Source of the DNA: Synechococcus elongatus PCC 6301
GTDB taxonomy: Bacteria > Cyanobacteriota > Cyanobacteriia > Synechococcales > Synechococcaceae
Direction: 5' to 3'
NCBI RefSeq assembly: GCF_000010065.1
Contig: NC_006576.1
Location: 1,290,001-1,322,000, forward strand
DNA: 32,000 nucleotides
In this document: positions 12,874-21,838 of the stretch, one piece after another
Layout: each line of letters begins with the position of its first letter
Position numbering within the stretch: the stretch's first letter is position 1
Notes under the pieces: generated by a model
What the model was told of the DNA's origin: nothing
What the model saw: only the letters and a program-made list of their open reading frames with translations
Databases searched by the model: none
Translations under genes and position numbers: made by a program

Positions 12874-13872
12874 TCACGAGGGGCGATCGCAGCGTTGCTG
12901 CCACTGCCATGCATGCTGAATCATCGTCTCTAAGCTGGGAAATTGCGGCTCCCAACCGAGGATCTGGCGAGCTTTATCGCTGCTACCGACAAGGGCGATC
13001 GCATCACCAGGGCGGCGATCGCTCAATTGCACCGGAATCGATCGCTGGGTGACCCGCTCTGCGGTGGCAATCACTTCCTTGACTGAGAAGCCATTGCCGT
13101 TGCCCAAGTTAAAGGCGGTGGTAGCTCCCCCGTCCGCTAAGTAAGTCAGGCCCCGTACGTGGGCATCGGCCAAATCACAGACATGGATGTAGTCGCGGAT
13201 GCAGGTGCCGTCCGATGTCGGGTAGTCCGTGCCATAGACCTGAATGCTGGGACGCTGACCGGCGGCGGCTTGGAGCACCAAGGGAATCAAATGGGTTTCT
13301 GGATCGTGGGCCTCGCCCAAATCCCCCTTGGGATCAGCCCCAGCGGCATTGAAGTAGCGGAAGATCACCGATCGCAAGCCGTAGGCAGCCTGAAAATCCT
13401 GCAGAAACTGCTCCACCATCCACTTGCTGCGACCGTAGGGATTGATCGGGGCTTGGGGATGATCTTCGGGAATCGGAATCACCTGCGGCAATCCGTAGGT
13501 CGCACAGGTCGAAGAAAACACGAGCTGCTGACAGCCTGCTGCCACCATTGCCTGCAGCAAGGTCAAGCTACCGCTGACGTTGTTGGCGTAGAAGTTGCCG
13601 GGATCGCGCACCGACTCTCCAACTTCGATCGAGGCAGCAAAGTGAATCACTGCCTGAATCGGATGCTCTGCAAAGAGGCGGTCGAGCAAGAGGCGATCGC
13701 GGGTGTCTCCCACAATCAACGGCACCTGTAGGACCTCTGCTGCGATCGCCCGTTGGCCATTGCTGAGGTTGTCGAGCACGATCGGCTGGTAACCCTGGGC
13801 TTGCAGTGCCCGCACCGTATGGGAGCCGATATAGCCCGCGCCGCCCGTCACCAGAATGGTTGCCCCTGCCAC
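12874..13872 (-). CDS. galE: UDP-glucose 4-epimerase
   Basis: 332 aa; ILVTGGAGYIGSHTVRAL, SSTCATYG, NPYGRSK and FRYFNAAGADPKGDLGE motifs. Confidence 0.95.
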   Translation of the reverse strand: MAGATILVTGGAGYIGSHTVRALQAQGYQPIVLDNLSNGQRAIAAEVLQVPLIVGDTRDRLLLDRLFAEHPIQAVIHFAASIEVGESVRDPGNFYANNVSGSLTLLQAMVAAGCQQLVFSSTCATYGLPQVIPIPEDHPQAPINPYGRSKWMVEQFLQDFQAAYGLRSVIFRYFNAAGADPKGDLGEAHDPETHLIPLVLQAAAGQRPSIQVYGTDYPTSDGTCIRDYIHVCDLADAHVRGLTYLADGGATTAFNLGNGNGFSVKEVIATAERVTQRSIPVQLSDRRPGDAIALVGSSDKARQILGWEPQFPSLETMIQHAWQWQQRCDRPS

Positions 13873-13901
13873 AGTTTGCCCTAATGACCTTCACTGGAGG
13901 A

Positions 13902-14747
13902 TTATCCGGCACGCAGGGTCGCGATCGCCTCAGTTGTGAGGGCCTCGATCGCCGCACGATCGCCAGCCCAAGTCGTTTCTGCTTCACTCAACCAGAGCAG
14001 ATACTCAACATTGCCCGCCGGCCCCAGTAGCGGCGACCAAGTCAATCCTTGGCCGTGCCAGCCCAACCCCTGAGCCGACTCAAGAACTTGAGCGATCGCC
14101 GTCACATGATCCTTGCGATCGCGGACAACCCCGCCTTTACCGACTTTTTCGCGCCCAACCTCGAACTGGGGCTTGACCAGCAAAATCAGCTCGCGGGGCG
14201 ATCGCAACAACTGCCCCAAGGTCAGCAACACCTTCGTCAGAGAGATGAACGAGAGATCGGCGACGGCTAGATCGGGCCAAACATCATCGGATCCGTAGAG
14301 GTCAGTCGGCTGCAGGTTGCGGATGTTGGTTCGCTCCCGCAGAAGGACTCGCGGGTCAGTACGGATCTTCCAGTCAACCTGACCGTAGCCCACATCAATG
14401 CCATAGACTTTGCTCGCCCCTGCCTGCAACAAGCAGTCGGTGAAACCGCCGGTGGAGATACCCGCATCCAAACAGATGCGATCGCTGAGCGCGATCGGAA
14501 ACGTTGCTAAGGCTTTTGCCAGCTTTTCGCCACCTCGCGAAACGTAGGGCGGCTTGGCCGCAACTTCAATCACGGCATCTTCAGCCACCAGGCTCCCCGG
14601 TTTATCGACAATCGCTTGGGCGACCCGCACTTCACCAGCACGAATCAGCCGTTGGGCCTGCTGCCGCGAGGGGCAGAGTCCACGTTCCACCAACAGAGCA
14701 TCTAAACGGTGCTTAGCCACAGGCGCAGGAGAGAGTACATGCCCCAA
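13902..14747 (-). CDS. tlyA: TlyA family rRNA (cytidine-2'-O)-methyltransferase
   Basis: S4-like N-terminus RLDALLVERGLCPSRQQAQRLIRAGEVRV; VSRGGEKLAKAL; LDAGISTGGFTDCLLQAGASKVYGIDVGYGQ. Confidence 0.92.
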   Translation of the reverse strand: MGHVLSPAPVAKHRLDALLVERGLCPSRQQAQRLIRAGEVRVAQAIVDKPGSLVAEDAVIEVAAKPPYVSRGGEKLAKALATFPIALSDRICLDAGISTGGFTDCLLQAGASKVYGIDVGYGQVDWKIRTDPRVLLRERTNIRNLQPTDLYGSDDVWPDLAVADLSFISLTKVLLTLGQLLRSPRELILLVKPQFEVGREKVGKGGVVRDRKDHVTAIAQVLESAQGLGWHGQGLTWSPLLGPAGNVEYLLWLSEAETTWAGDRAAIEALTTEAIATLRAG

Positions 14748-14784
14748 TTATCGGAGCTGACTCCCTCCCAGCTCAGCACTGACC

Positions 14785-15252
14785 TTAATAGCAGCCTAAA
14801 ACCGTGAGGATGTAGCTAGAACCAACCGCATCAATGCCCCCCAAGTTGACATTGACCTGGTAGGGCTGGCTGTTGCGGCGAGGTAAGCCAGTCAGCTCTT
14901 TCGAGAGATTGCTAGGCAAATAGACACTGCCGCTGAAACTTTCATCGACGGTGCCGTTGCTGTACTTCAAGTTGAGGCCCGCTTGATAGGTGGTGTTGGC
15001 ACTGGTCGATTGAATCTTGGCAATGTAGCGGCGAAACGTAGCATCAGCGGGCACGGCAAAGTCCGTATTCCAGTTGTCGCGGAAGAACGGACCTGCGCCG
15101 CCGGGTGTGACCGTTTTCGTGACTGAGGTGCCGCTCCCTCCCACCACAGGCAGCGGTGTGCAGTTGGCTTGTGCTAGGAGAGTAGACGGACTGGCAAGGC
15201 TGCTGGGGAACAACAAAGCAAGAAGCAGAGCGGTCGACATTGGGCCATTCCT
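14785..15252 (-). CDS. Hypothetical secreted protein, copy 1 of a tandem paralog pair
   Basis: ORF track extends to 15363, but the plausible signal peptide begins near GTG 15252 (VRNGPMSTALLLALL) or ATG 15240. Mature part is NCTPLPVVGGSGTSVTKTVTPGGAGPFFRDNWNTDFAVP...TVLGCY, closely matching the 15527-16024 protein. Confidence 0.75.
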   Translation of the reverse strand, partial: RNGPMSTALLLALLFPSSLASPSTLLAQANCTPLPVVGGSGTSVTKTVTPGGAGPFFRDNWNTDFAVPADATFRRYIAKIQSTSANTTYQAGLNLKYSNGTVDESFSGSVYLPSNLSKELTGLPRRNSQPYQVNVNLGGIDAVGSSYILTVLGCY

Positions 15253-15526
15253 CACACAGGAAACCTTGCTCCTTAATTTAAGAGGCTGGTCTATCCAGCG
15301 GGGCAGGCAAGGGATCAGTCTGAGAACTGCTACCGCGATCGCCAATCCTGGTGCAGATAACACCGTTCATCAGCGATCCACTCAAGACCTCTGAATCTGC
15401 GATCGGGACGGGTCGATGGGGCTGGCAAACGCAGCTAATCAAGGTGTAGCCATCAATCGTTCAGGCCAGACTGAGGGGAAAGCGGTTGCCTCAGGGACTA
15501 GGGTTCCTTTCCCAACGTTTCAGCGC

Positions 15527-16024
15527 TCAATAACAACCAACGACGGTCAAGGTATAGGTGGAACCGACGGCCTTCAGTCCACCGAGATTAACGTTCACCT
15601 GAAACGGCTGACTATCCCGACGGGGCTGCCCAACGAGCTCCTGAGAACCATTTCGGGGTAGCGCGAAGCTGCCCTTAAAGGTCTGGTCAGCGGTGCCGTT
15701 GCTGTACTTGAGATTGAGACTGGCCTGATAGGTCGTACTGGCACTGAGGGATCGAATGGTTGCGACGTAGCGCCGAAAGGTTGCATCCGTGGGCACAGCA
15801 AAGTCGGTATCCCAGTTGTCGCGGAAGAACGGACCTGCACCGCCGGGTGTGACCGTTTTTGTGACTGAGGTACCGGCGCCCCCCACCACTGCCAGCGGCG
15901 TGCAATTGGCCCGACTGAGCAGAAGCGGTTGAGTAGTAGACAGCGGACCAGAGACCAGTAAGGCGATCGCCAACAGCGCTGACATGAGACCGTTCCTCAA
16001 GTTCGACAAGCTAACTGCTCTCAC
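15527..16024 (-). CDS. Hypothetical secreted protein, copy 2 of a tandem paralog pair
   Basis: 165 aa; signal-peptide-like N-terminus MRAVSLSNLRNGLMSALLAIALLVSG; mature NCTPLAVVGGAGTSVTKTVTPGGAGPFFRDNWDTDFAVP...TVVGCY. Confidence 0.78.
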   Translation of the reverse strand: MRAVSLSNLRNGLMSALLAIALLVSGPLSTTQPLLLSRANCTPLAVVGGAGTSVTKTVTPGGAGPFFRDNWDTDFAVPTDATFRRYVATIRSLSASTTYQASLNLKYSNGTADQTFKGSFALPRNGSQELVGQPRRDSQPFQVNVNLGGLKAVGSTYTLTVVGCY

Positions 16025-16258
16025 TGTAGAGGCCGATCGCCGGCGCGGCAGCGGGTAGGGAAATCCACCCTAGTTGCTGTTGAGAACAGCCCTCGACGAA
16101 ATGAGAAGATTACGAAATGCAAGGAACAAGCTTAGAAAATTCTGGGAGAGATCAGGCCGTAATGCTCTCGCTGGCAAAATACGAAGCAAGTTTCTTGTGG
16201 CCAGAGAAAATTTCAGTTCTGGCTCTGTCCCGGTCCTAGCTTCAGTGAGGAGGATCCC

Positions 16259-16450
16259 ATGGAGCAAGCGTTCGGTAACCTCTACGAAATCTTTGGGCGC
16301 CAGTTGGTGCGCCTCAAGGATCAGCCCGAAGACATGCCCGACTTTGTCTTGGAATATTGCCACGGCGATCGCTGCTGGGTGCGACAGCAGGCCTGGGGTA
16401 GAACCATCAATCTCGGGATTCAGCGATCGCAGATCATCGGTTTGGATTAG
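16259..16450 (+). CDS. Small conserved-looking hypothetical protein upstream of purB
   Basis: 63 aa MEQAFGNLYEIFGRQLVRLKDQPEDMPDFVLEYCHGDRCWVRQQAWGRTINLGIQRSQIIGLD, with a strong GAGGAGGA Shine-Dalgarno just before ATG. It is far more protein-like than the overlapping 16074..16481 frame. Confidence 0.6.
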   Translation: MEQAFGNLYEIFGRQLVRLKDQPEDMPDFVLEYCHGDRCWVRQQAWGRTINLGIQRSQIIGLD

Positions 16451-16507
16451 ATCTCGGCGCTCGGCCAAAGCCGTAAGATAGGAAGGCTGTATCCGTCGAC
16501 ACCGGCT

Positions 16508-17803
16508 TTGATCGAGCGTTATACGCTGCCTGCCATGGGCGGCCTTTGGACTGACACCTACAAACTCAAAACCTGGCTGCAGGTTGAAATTGCCGTTTGC
16601 GAGGCTCAGGCAGAGCTCGGCTATATCCCCGCCGATGCCGTGGAAACGATCAAGGCGAAGGCCAATTTCGATCCGGCGCGGGTGCTGGAGATTGAGCAAG
16701 AAGTTCGCCACGACGTCATCGCCTTTTTGACCAACGTCAACGAATATGTTGGCGATGCCGGTCGCTACATTCACCTTGGCATGACCAGCTCGGATGTGCT
16801 GGACACTGGTCTGGCGCTGCAGATGGTGGCCAGTGTCGATCTGCTCTTGGCTGAAACCGAGAATTTAATTCAGGCGATTCGCTGGCAGGCGCAGCAACAC
16901 CGCGAAACGGTGATGATTGGCCGCTCCCACGGCATTCATGCTGAGCCGATCACCTTTGGCTTCAAGCTCGCCGGTTGGCTGGCAGAGATGCTGCGCAACC
17001 GCGATCGCTTGGTGCAGGTCCGTCAGTCAGTGGCAGTCGGCAAGATTTCCGGTGCGGTCGGTACCTACGCCAACATCGAGCCGCGCGTCGAAGCTCTGAC
17101 CTGTCAAAAACTAGGTCTGGAGCCGGATACGGCTTCGACCCAAGTGGTCAGCCGCGATCGCTATGCGGAGTATGTCCAGGTCCTTGCCTTAGTCGCCGCT
17201 TCTTTAGAGCGCTTCTCCGTCGAGATCCGCAACCTGCAGCGATCGGATGTGCTGGGGGTTGAAGAATTTTTTGCCAAGGGTCAAAAAGGCTCCTCAGCCA
17301 TGCCCCACAAGCGCAACCCGATTCGCTCCGAGCGAATCAGCGGTCTAGCGCGGGTGATTCGGGGCTATGCCGTGGCAGCGCTGGAAAACGTGGCACTCTG
17401 GCACGAGCGGGATATCTCCCACAGCTCCGTGGAGCGGATGATGCTACCCGACTGCTCAGCGACGCTGCACTTCATGCTGGTGGAAATGACCGAGCTGGTG
17501 AAAACCCTGCAGGTCTATCCCGAGAACATGACCCGCAACCTCAACCGCTACGGCGGCGTGGTTTTCAGTCAGCGCGTACTGTTGGCCTTGGTTGACAAGG
17601 GACTCAGCCGCGAGGAAGCCTACCGAATTGTCCAAAGCAATGCCCACAGCGCTTGGAATCATGAAGGCGGCAACTTCCGCGCCCTGATTGAAGCCGATCC
17701 GACTGTTCAGGCTCACCTCAGCGCCGCCGAGATTGAAGACTGCTTTGCTGCTCAACATCATCTGCGTCATTTGGATGATGTCTATCAGCGCCTCAACATC
17801 TAA
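16508..17803 (+). CDS. purB: Adenylosuccinate lyase
   Basis: 431 aa; MIERYTLPAMGGLWTDTYKLKTWLQVEIAVCEAQAELG, TSSDVLDTGLALQ, signature GSSAMPHKRNPIRSE. Confidence 0.97.
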   Translation: MIERYTLPAMGGLWTDTYKLKTWLQVEIAVCEAQAELGYIPADAVETIKAKANFDPARVLEIEQEVRHDVIAFLTNVNEYVGDAGRYIHLGMTSSDVLDTGLALQMVASVDLLLAETENLIQAIRWQAQQHRETVMIGRSHGIHAEPITFGFKLAGWLAEMLRNRDRLVQVRQSVAVGKISGAVGTYANIEPRVEALTCQKLGLEPDTASTQVVSRDRYAEYVQVLALVAASLERFSVEIRNLQRSDVLGVEEFFAKGQKGSSAMPHKRNPIRSERISGLARVIRGYAVAALENVALWHERDISHSSVERMMLPDCSATLHFMLVEMTELVKTLQVYPENMTRNLNRYGGVVFSQRVLLALVDKGLSREEAYRIVQSNAHSAWNHEGGNFRALIEADPTVQAHLSAAEIEDCFAAQHHLRHLDDVYQRLNI

Positions 17804-17849
17804 CGCGAGTTAAGGCTGCAATTTCCACAAGGCACAGGGCCACCGTCAG

Positions 17850-18479
17850 ATGTTCTCCAACATGGTTTTAAAGTTGGCAGCAGCACTGAGTGGTCTTGTG
17901 CTGATTTTATTTGTGGGCTTTCATCTCACCACAAATCTGTTGCTATGGCGGGGAGCAGAGGCTCTCGATCGCGCGGCGATCGCACTCCATAATCAGGTCT
18001 GGCTCCCCGCTGCTGAAGCGATCGTTCTGACAGCGATCGCGGTTCATTTTCTGACCGTCTTGATCCTGGCTTGGCGTAACCGTCAGGCTCGCGGGCCTCA
18101 AGCCTACGCCCAATGGCAAAGCAAGCAAACCAGTTGGTTGCGCTGGGCAGCGAATTCCACCGTCATCAGTGGCAGTGGTTTGGCCGTCTTCCTGCTCGTT
18201 CATCTGCAGGGGATGCGTTGGCGCGAGCATGATCCGAGCCAGACATCTAGCCTGATTCTTCAAACACTCCAGCAGCCAGCGATCGCCCTGCTGTATGGAC
18301 TGGGAGCAGCAGTTTTAGCACTGCATCTCAGCCACGGCCTCCGCAGCATGGCGCGTAGCCTAGGCCTGTTCTATCCCCAATGGGCGATCGCGGGGCAACG
18401 AGTAGCAATTGCGATCGCGATCGGTTTAGGAATTGGATTTATTAGCATCATTGCTTTAGCAAATCGCACTTTGATCTGA
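17850..18479 (+). CDS. Succinate dehydrogenase cytochrome b subunit-like membrane protein (b558 family)
   Basis: 209 aa, about five TM segments; GLVLILFVGFHLTTNLLLWRGAEALDRAAIALH...HFLTVLILAWRNRQARGPQAYAQWQSKQTSWLRWAANSTVISGSGLAVFLLVHLQ resembles SdhC b558-type organisation. Recognised from recall only. Confidence 0.6.
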   Translation: MFSNMVLKLAAALSGLVLILFVGFHLTTNLLLWRGAEALDRAAIALHNQVWLPAAEAIVLTAIAVHFLTVLILAWRNRQARGPQAYAQWQSKQTSWLRWAANSTVISGSGLAVFLLVHLQGMRWREHDPSQTSSLILQTLQQPAIALLYGLGAAVLALHLSHGLRSMARSLGLFYPQWAIAGQRVAIAIAIGLGIGFISIIALANRTLI

Positions 18480-18539
18480 AATCAGAGCAATGATTTCGAT
18501 TCGTTTAGGCTGTAATCGCCTGCTGATTTTAACTAAAAA

Positions 18540-18561
18540 AAGCCTTTCATTCGAAAGGCTT
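18540..18561 (-). terminator. Rho-independent terminator for the minus-strand pentapeptide gene
   Basis: AAGCCTTTC-ATTC-GAAAGGCTT 9-bp stem, 4-nt loop; on the minus strand it is followed by a run of T (plus strand AAAAAA at 18535-18540). Confidence 0.85.
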
Positions 18562-18607
18562 GAGAGTTATGAGTTAGGGAGTGATATGGCGCGATCGCCG
18601 CTGAAAT

Positions 18608-19120
18608 CTAAGGGCAATCCAAGGTGTCGCGGGTGGCTCGTCCGGTTTTAGAATTGACGCCTTCTGCCACACTGCACAGTAAATCTTGGGCATCTTGGCG
18701 CATCAACACATCGGTGAAATCCGCGCCCGTAATCTTGGCACCTTGGAAGAGTGCGTTAAAGGCATAGGCACCTTCCAGAATGGCGTCGGTGAGATCAGTG
18801 TTAGTCATCCGCGCCTGATCGAGAATGGTGTTACTGAGGTCAGCTCCGTGAAGATCGACGCTCTCCAAGTTCGCCCCGTAGAATCGAACCCCCACTAGCA
18901 CCGAGTTACTGAAGTCGCTGCTGCGTAGATTGGCCTTCGTAAAGTTGGCATCGCTGAGATCGCGGTTGGAGAAATTGGACTCAATGAGGATTTCCTTGGT
19001 GAAATCGAGAGCGATCGCCGCTGGCGCAATCCAACTCCAAGCTAGACCTGCGATCGCGATGAGAATCAGGCTGCGGCAACAGTGCCGCCAAAGCGTGTGC
19101 AAGGACAAAATCACGGGCAT
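18608..19120 (-). CDS. Exported/lumenal pentapeptide-repeat protein
   Basis: 170 aa; signal peptide then ANFSNRDLSDANFTKANLRSSDFSNSVLVGVRFYGANLESVDLHGADLSNTILDQARMTNTDL repeats and a C-terminal region with two Cys (LLCSVAEG...TLDCP). Confidence 0.88.
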   Translation of the reverse strand: MPVILSLHTLWRHCCRSLILIAIAGLAWSWIAPAAIALDFTKEILIESNFSNRDLSDANFTKANLRSSDFSNSVLVGVRFYGANLESVDLHGADLSNTILDQARMTNTDLTDAILEGAYAFNALFQGAKITGADFTDVLMRQDAQDLLCSVAEGVNSKTGRATRDTLDCP

Positions 19121-19218
19121 TCTGAGCAGAACGCTGCAATCATTCCAGCCTAGCGGTACGGAGGGCAGACCCGACGCAGGTTATCGATCTTCCGCTCGAT
19201 CGCGCCGGTGAGGCCCTC

Positions 19219-19614
19219 GTGGCTGCTTGGTGCCGCGATCGCCGGCTGGAAGTTCTGGCAGAGCGCTGGCATTGCCGCTGGGGCGAACTCGACTTGGTGA
19301 CTCAAGAGGACTCAGCGCTTCGCTTCATCGAGGTCAAAACTCGACGTCAGACCGGTTGGGATCAGTCGGGGTTACTGGCCATCGGCCCAGCCAAGCAACG
19401 CTGTCTTAGTCGTGCTGCAGCTTGCTATCTCGCCAGTTTAGGAAACCAGGCAGCTGTTGCCTGTCGCTTTGATGTTGCCTTGGTTCGCTATCGTTCAGAG
19501 CCCTCTGCAGCAGCAGTCAAGGTCGCGGCTTGGGGCCAAGGCTATCTAGAACTCTGGTGCTATCTGCCTGATGCCTTTAGCGCCGTCGAGTCAGGCTGGT
19601 GGGATTGCGGCTGA
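19219..19614 (+). CDS. YraN/UPF0102 family endonuclease-like protein
   Basis: ERWHCRWGELDLVTQEDSALRFIEVKTRRQTGWDQ...KQRCLSRAAACYLA...CRFDVALVRY; matches the UPF0102 G-E-[IL]-D-L / F-[IV]-E-V-K pattern. Confidence 0.85.
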   Translation: MAAWCRDRRLEVLAERWHCRWGELDLVTQEDSALRFIEVKTRRQTGWDQSGLLAIGPAKQRCLSRAAACYLASLGNQAAVACRFDVALVRYRSEPSAAAVKVAAWGQGYLELWCYLPDAFSAVESGWWDCG

Positions 19615-19628
19615 TTCACTCCTGATCC

Positions 19629-20468
19629 ATGCCTGCTCGCAAACGCTTTGGTCAACATTGGCTCCGTAGCGAAGCCATCCTCGATCGCATTGTGGCGGCC
19701 GCTGAGCTGCGGCCCAGCGATCGCGTTTTAGAGATTGGTCCGGGGCGGGGGGCGCTGACTCAACGACTGCTGGCGGCAGTGGACGGGCTGGTTGCCGTTG
19801 AACTCGATCGCGACCTAATCGGTCAGCTCCAGCAACGGTTTGGACAAGCCGAGAACTTTTGCCTGCTGGAAGGCGACATCCTCCAGCTTGATTGGACTGC
19901 TGCGATCGCCGATCGACCCCGCTTCGCCAACCCCAGCAAAGTCGTCGCCAACATTCCCTACAACATCACTGGCCCGATCCTACAATCGCTATTGGGCACG
20001 ATCGCCCAGCCACGGCGACCCGCTTTTGAACGCCTCGTCCTGCTCGTGCAGCAAGAAGTCGCCGATCGTCTCTGTGCCACACCGGGACAACGTGCCTACG
20101 GCGCTTTGTCGGTGCGAGTGCAGTATCTAGCCAGCTGCGAGCGAGTTTGTGCCGTACCCCCCAAGAGTTTTTCACCACCACCCAAGGTTCAGTCCACGGT
20201 CATTTGCCTGAAGCCACGCCCTTGGCCCCAGGTCTGCAACAATCCAGGGCGACTAGAAAAACTGCTGAACCAAGGCTTTAGCGCCAAGCGCAAAATGCTG
20301 CGCAATAATCTCAAGTCACTCTATAGCAGCGAGCAAATTGAAGCAGCGTTTGCTGCTCATCAGATTGCGCCCGAAGCCCGCGCCGAAACCCTGAGCATTG
20401 ATCAGTGGATTGGCCTCTGTACCGATCTGGGCGATCCTACAGACAGCGCCATTAACCCGACTGCATGA
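19629..20468 (+). CDS. rsmA: 16S rRNA (adenine1518-N6/adenine1519-N6)-dimethyltransferase
   Basis: 279 aa; [24 protein letters not shown]...[16 protein letters not shown]...[15 protein letters not shown]. Also known as ksgA. Confidence 0.96.
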
Positions 20469-21409
20469 AGACGCTGACGCTCGTTGCTCCAGCCAAAATC
20501 AATTTCTATCTGGAAATTCTGGGCGATCGCCCCGACGGTTTCCACGAGCTGGCTATGGTGATGCAGAGCATTGCCTTGGGGGATCGTCTTCACCTACGGC
20601 AGCGGCAGGGACAGGGGTTTCAGTTGGGCTGCGATCGCGCTGATTTGGAAGTTGATGAGCGCAACTTGATTCTGAAAGCAGCACAGCGGTTGCAGCGATC
20701 GTTCCCCCAAATTGGCGGCGTTGACTTTTTTCTCGAGAAGCGGATTCCCATTGGTGCAGGGCTAGCGGGCGGTTCAACCGACGGAGCTGCCGCTCTCGTG
20801 GGGCTGGATATTTTCAGTGGGCTGGGTCTGACACAACCAGAACTGGAAGCGATCGCCGCAGAATTAGGGTCCGATATGCCCTTCTGTGTTGCCGGTGGTA
20901 CCCAGCTTTGCACCAGTCGCGGTGAACAACTGACGCCGTTACCCCCCCTACCCTCTTTATCCTTAGTCCTTGCTAAGTTCGAAAGCTTGTCGGTCTCGAC
21001 GCCGTGGGCTTACGGTCGCTACCGCGAGCAGTTTGGCGATCGCTATCTACAAACCGAACCAGCGCGGCGCGATCGCCTGCAAGCGCTGCATGCCGGGCCA
21101 CTTCTGCAAGCGATGAGCGCTGGTGATCCCGTTGCGATCGCGCAACATCTTCGCAACGATCTCGAAGCGGTGGTCTTACCCGAGTACCCCCAGGTGGCGG
21201 AACTGAGATCTGTGCTCGGGAACTGCTCTGGCATTCTTGCCGCCCAAATGTCCGGTTCCGGGCCAAGCGTCTTTGGTATTGCTGAGAATCCTACTGCTGC
21301 CCAAGCGGCCGTTGAACAAGTCCGGCAAGCGATCGCTGATCCCGACCTGAAGCTCTGGGTGACCCAAACCATCAGCCATGGGATCCAGACGGAAACTCTA
21401 CTGCGGTAG
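20465..21409 (+). CDS. ispE: 4-diphosphocytidyl-2-C-methyl-D-erythritol kinase
   Basis: 314 aa; [51 protein letters not shown]; ATGA overlap with the rsmA stop. Confidence 0.96.
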
Positions 21410-21838
21410 CAGGGGGATGGATATCAGCGGGACTGGATCAACGTCAGGACAAACAACTCACGATCCTGCAATTCCCTTTTTTCTCGGCTCAGCCGAAGAG
21501 GAAAAATGTCTTGATCAACCCTTCAATTGTCTTAATTCACTTGCGATCAGGATTAGAACAATTCGAAGGGATCCCATCCAGCACTAGCTCCGAGGGCTCC
21601 GATCGAGCGGTGATTGTAAAGCCCTCTTTGGCTACAGTGCCGGAATTGTAACCATCTTGATCCCAAGAGATCAGGCCTTCGGATGCCTCTGCTAAGGTAG
21701 GGGAAATTTCTGGGCTGCCTTAGGGGTAGTTCAGCTTAGGCACGTCTATTCGACTCTTTGACTGCGGCTACTCCTCTGCGATCGCCGCCTAAATGGAAGA
21801 CGGTATCGTGTCGCCCCTTTCCTCCTAACCGCTGCAGC

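Noticed and set aside
12819-13052. 77-aa plus-strand ORF downstream of glnB overlapping galE
   Set aside because: Mostly antisense to galE and has no motif.
16074-16481. 135-aa plus-strand ORF upstream of purB
   Set aside because: S/R-rich, low-complexity-like translation; the 16259..16450 frame has a better SD and composition.
16070-16774. 234-aa minus-strand ORF overlapping the small ORF and the start of purB
   Set aside because: It is antisense to purB codons and to the SD-supported 63-aa ORF, with no recognisable domain.
21378-21587. 69-aa plus-strand ORF between ispE and ndhF4
   Set aside because: Starts inside the ispE 3' end, with no SD or recognisable motif; probably chance.
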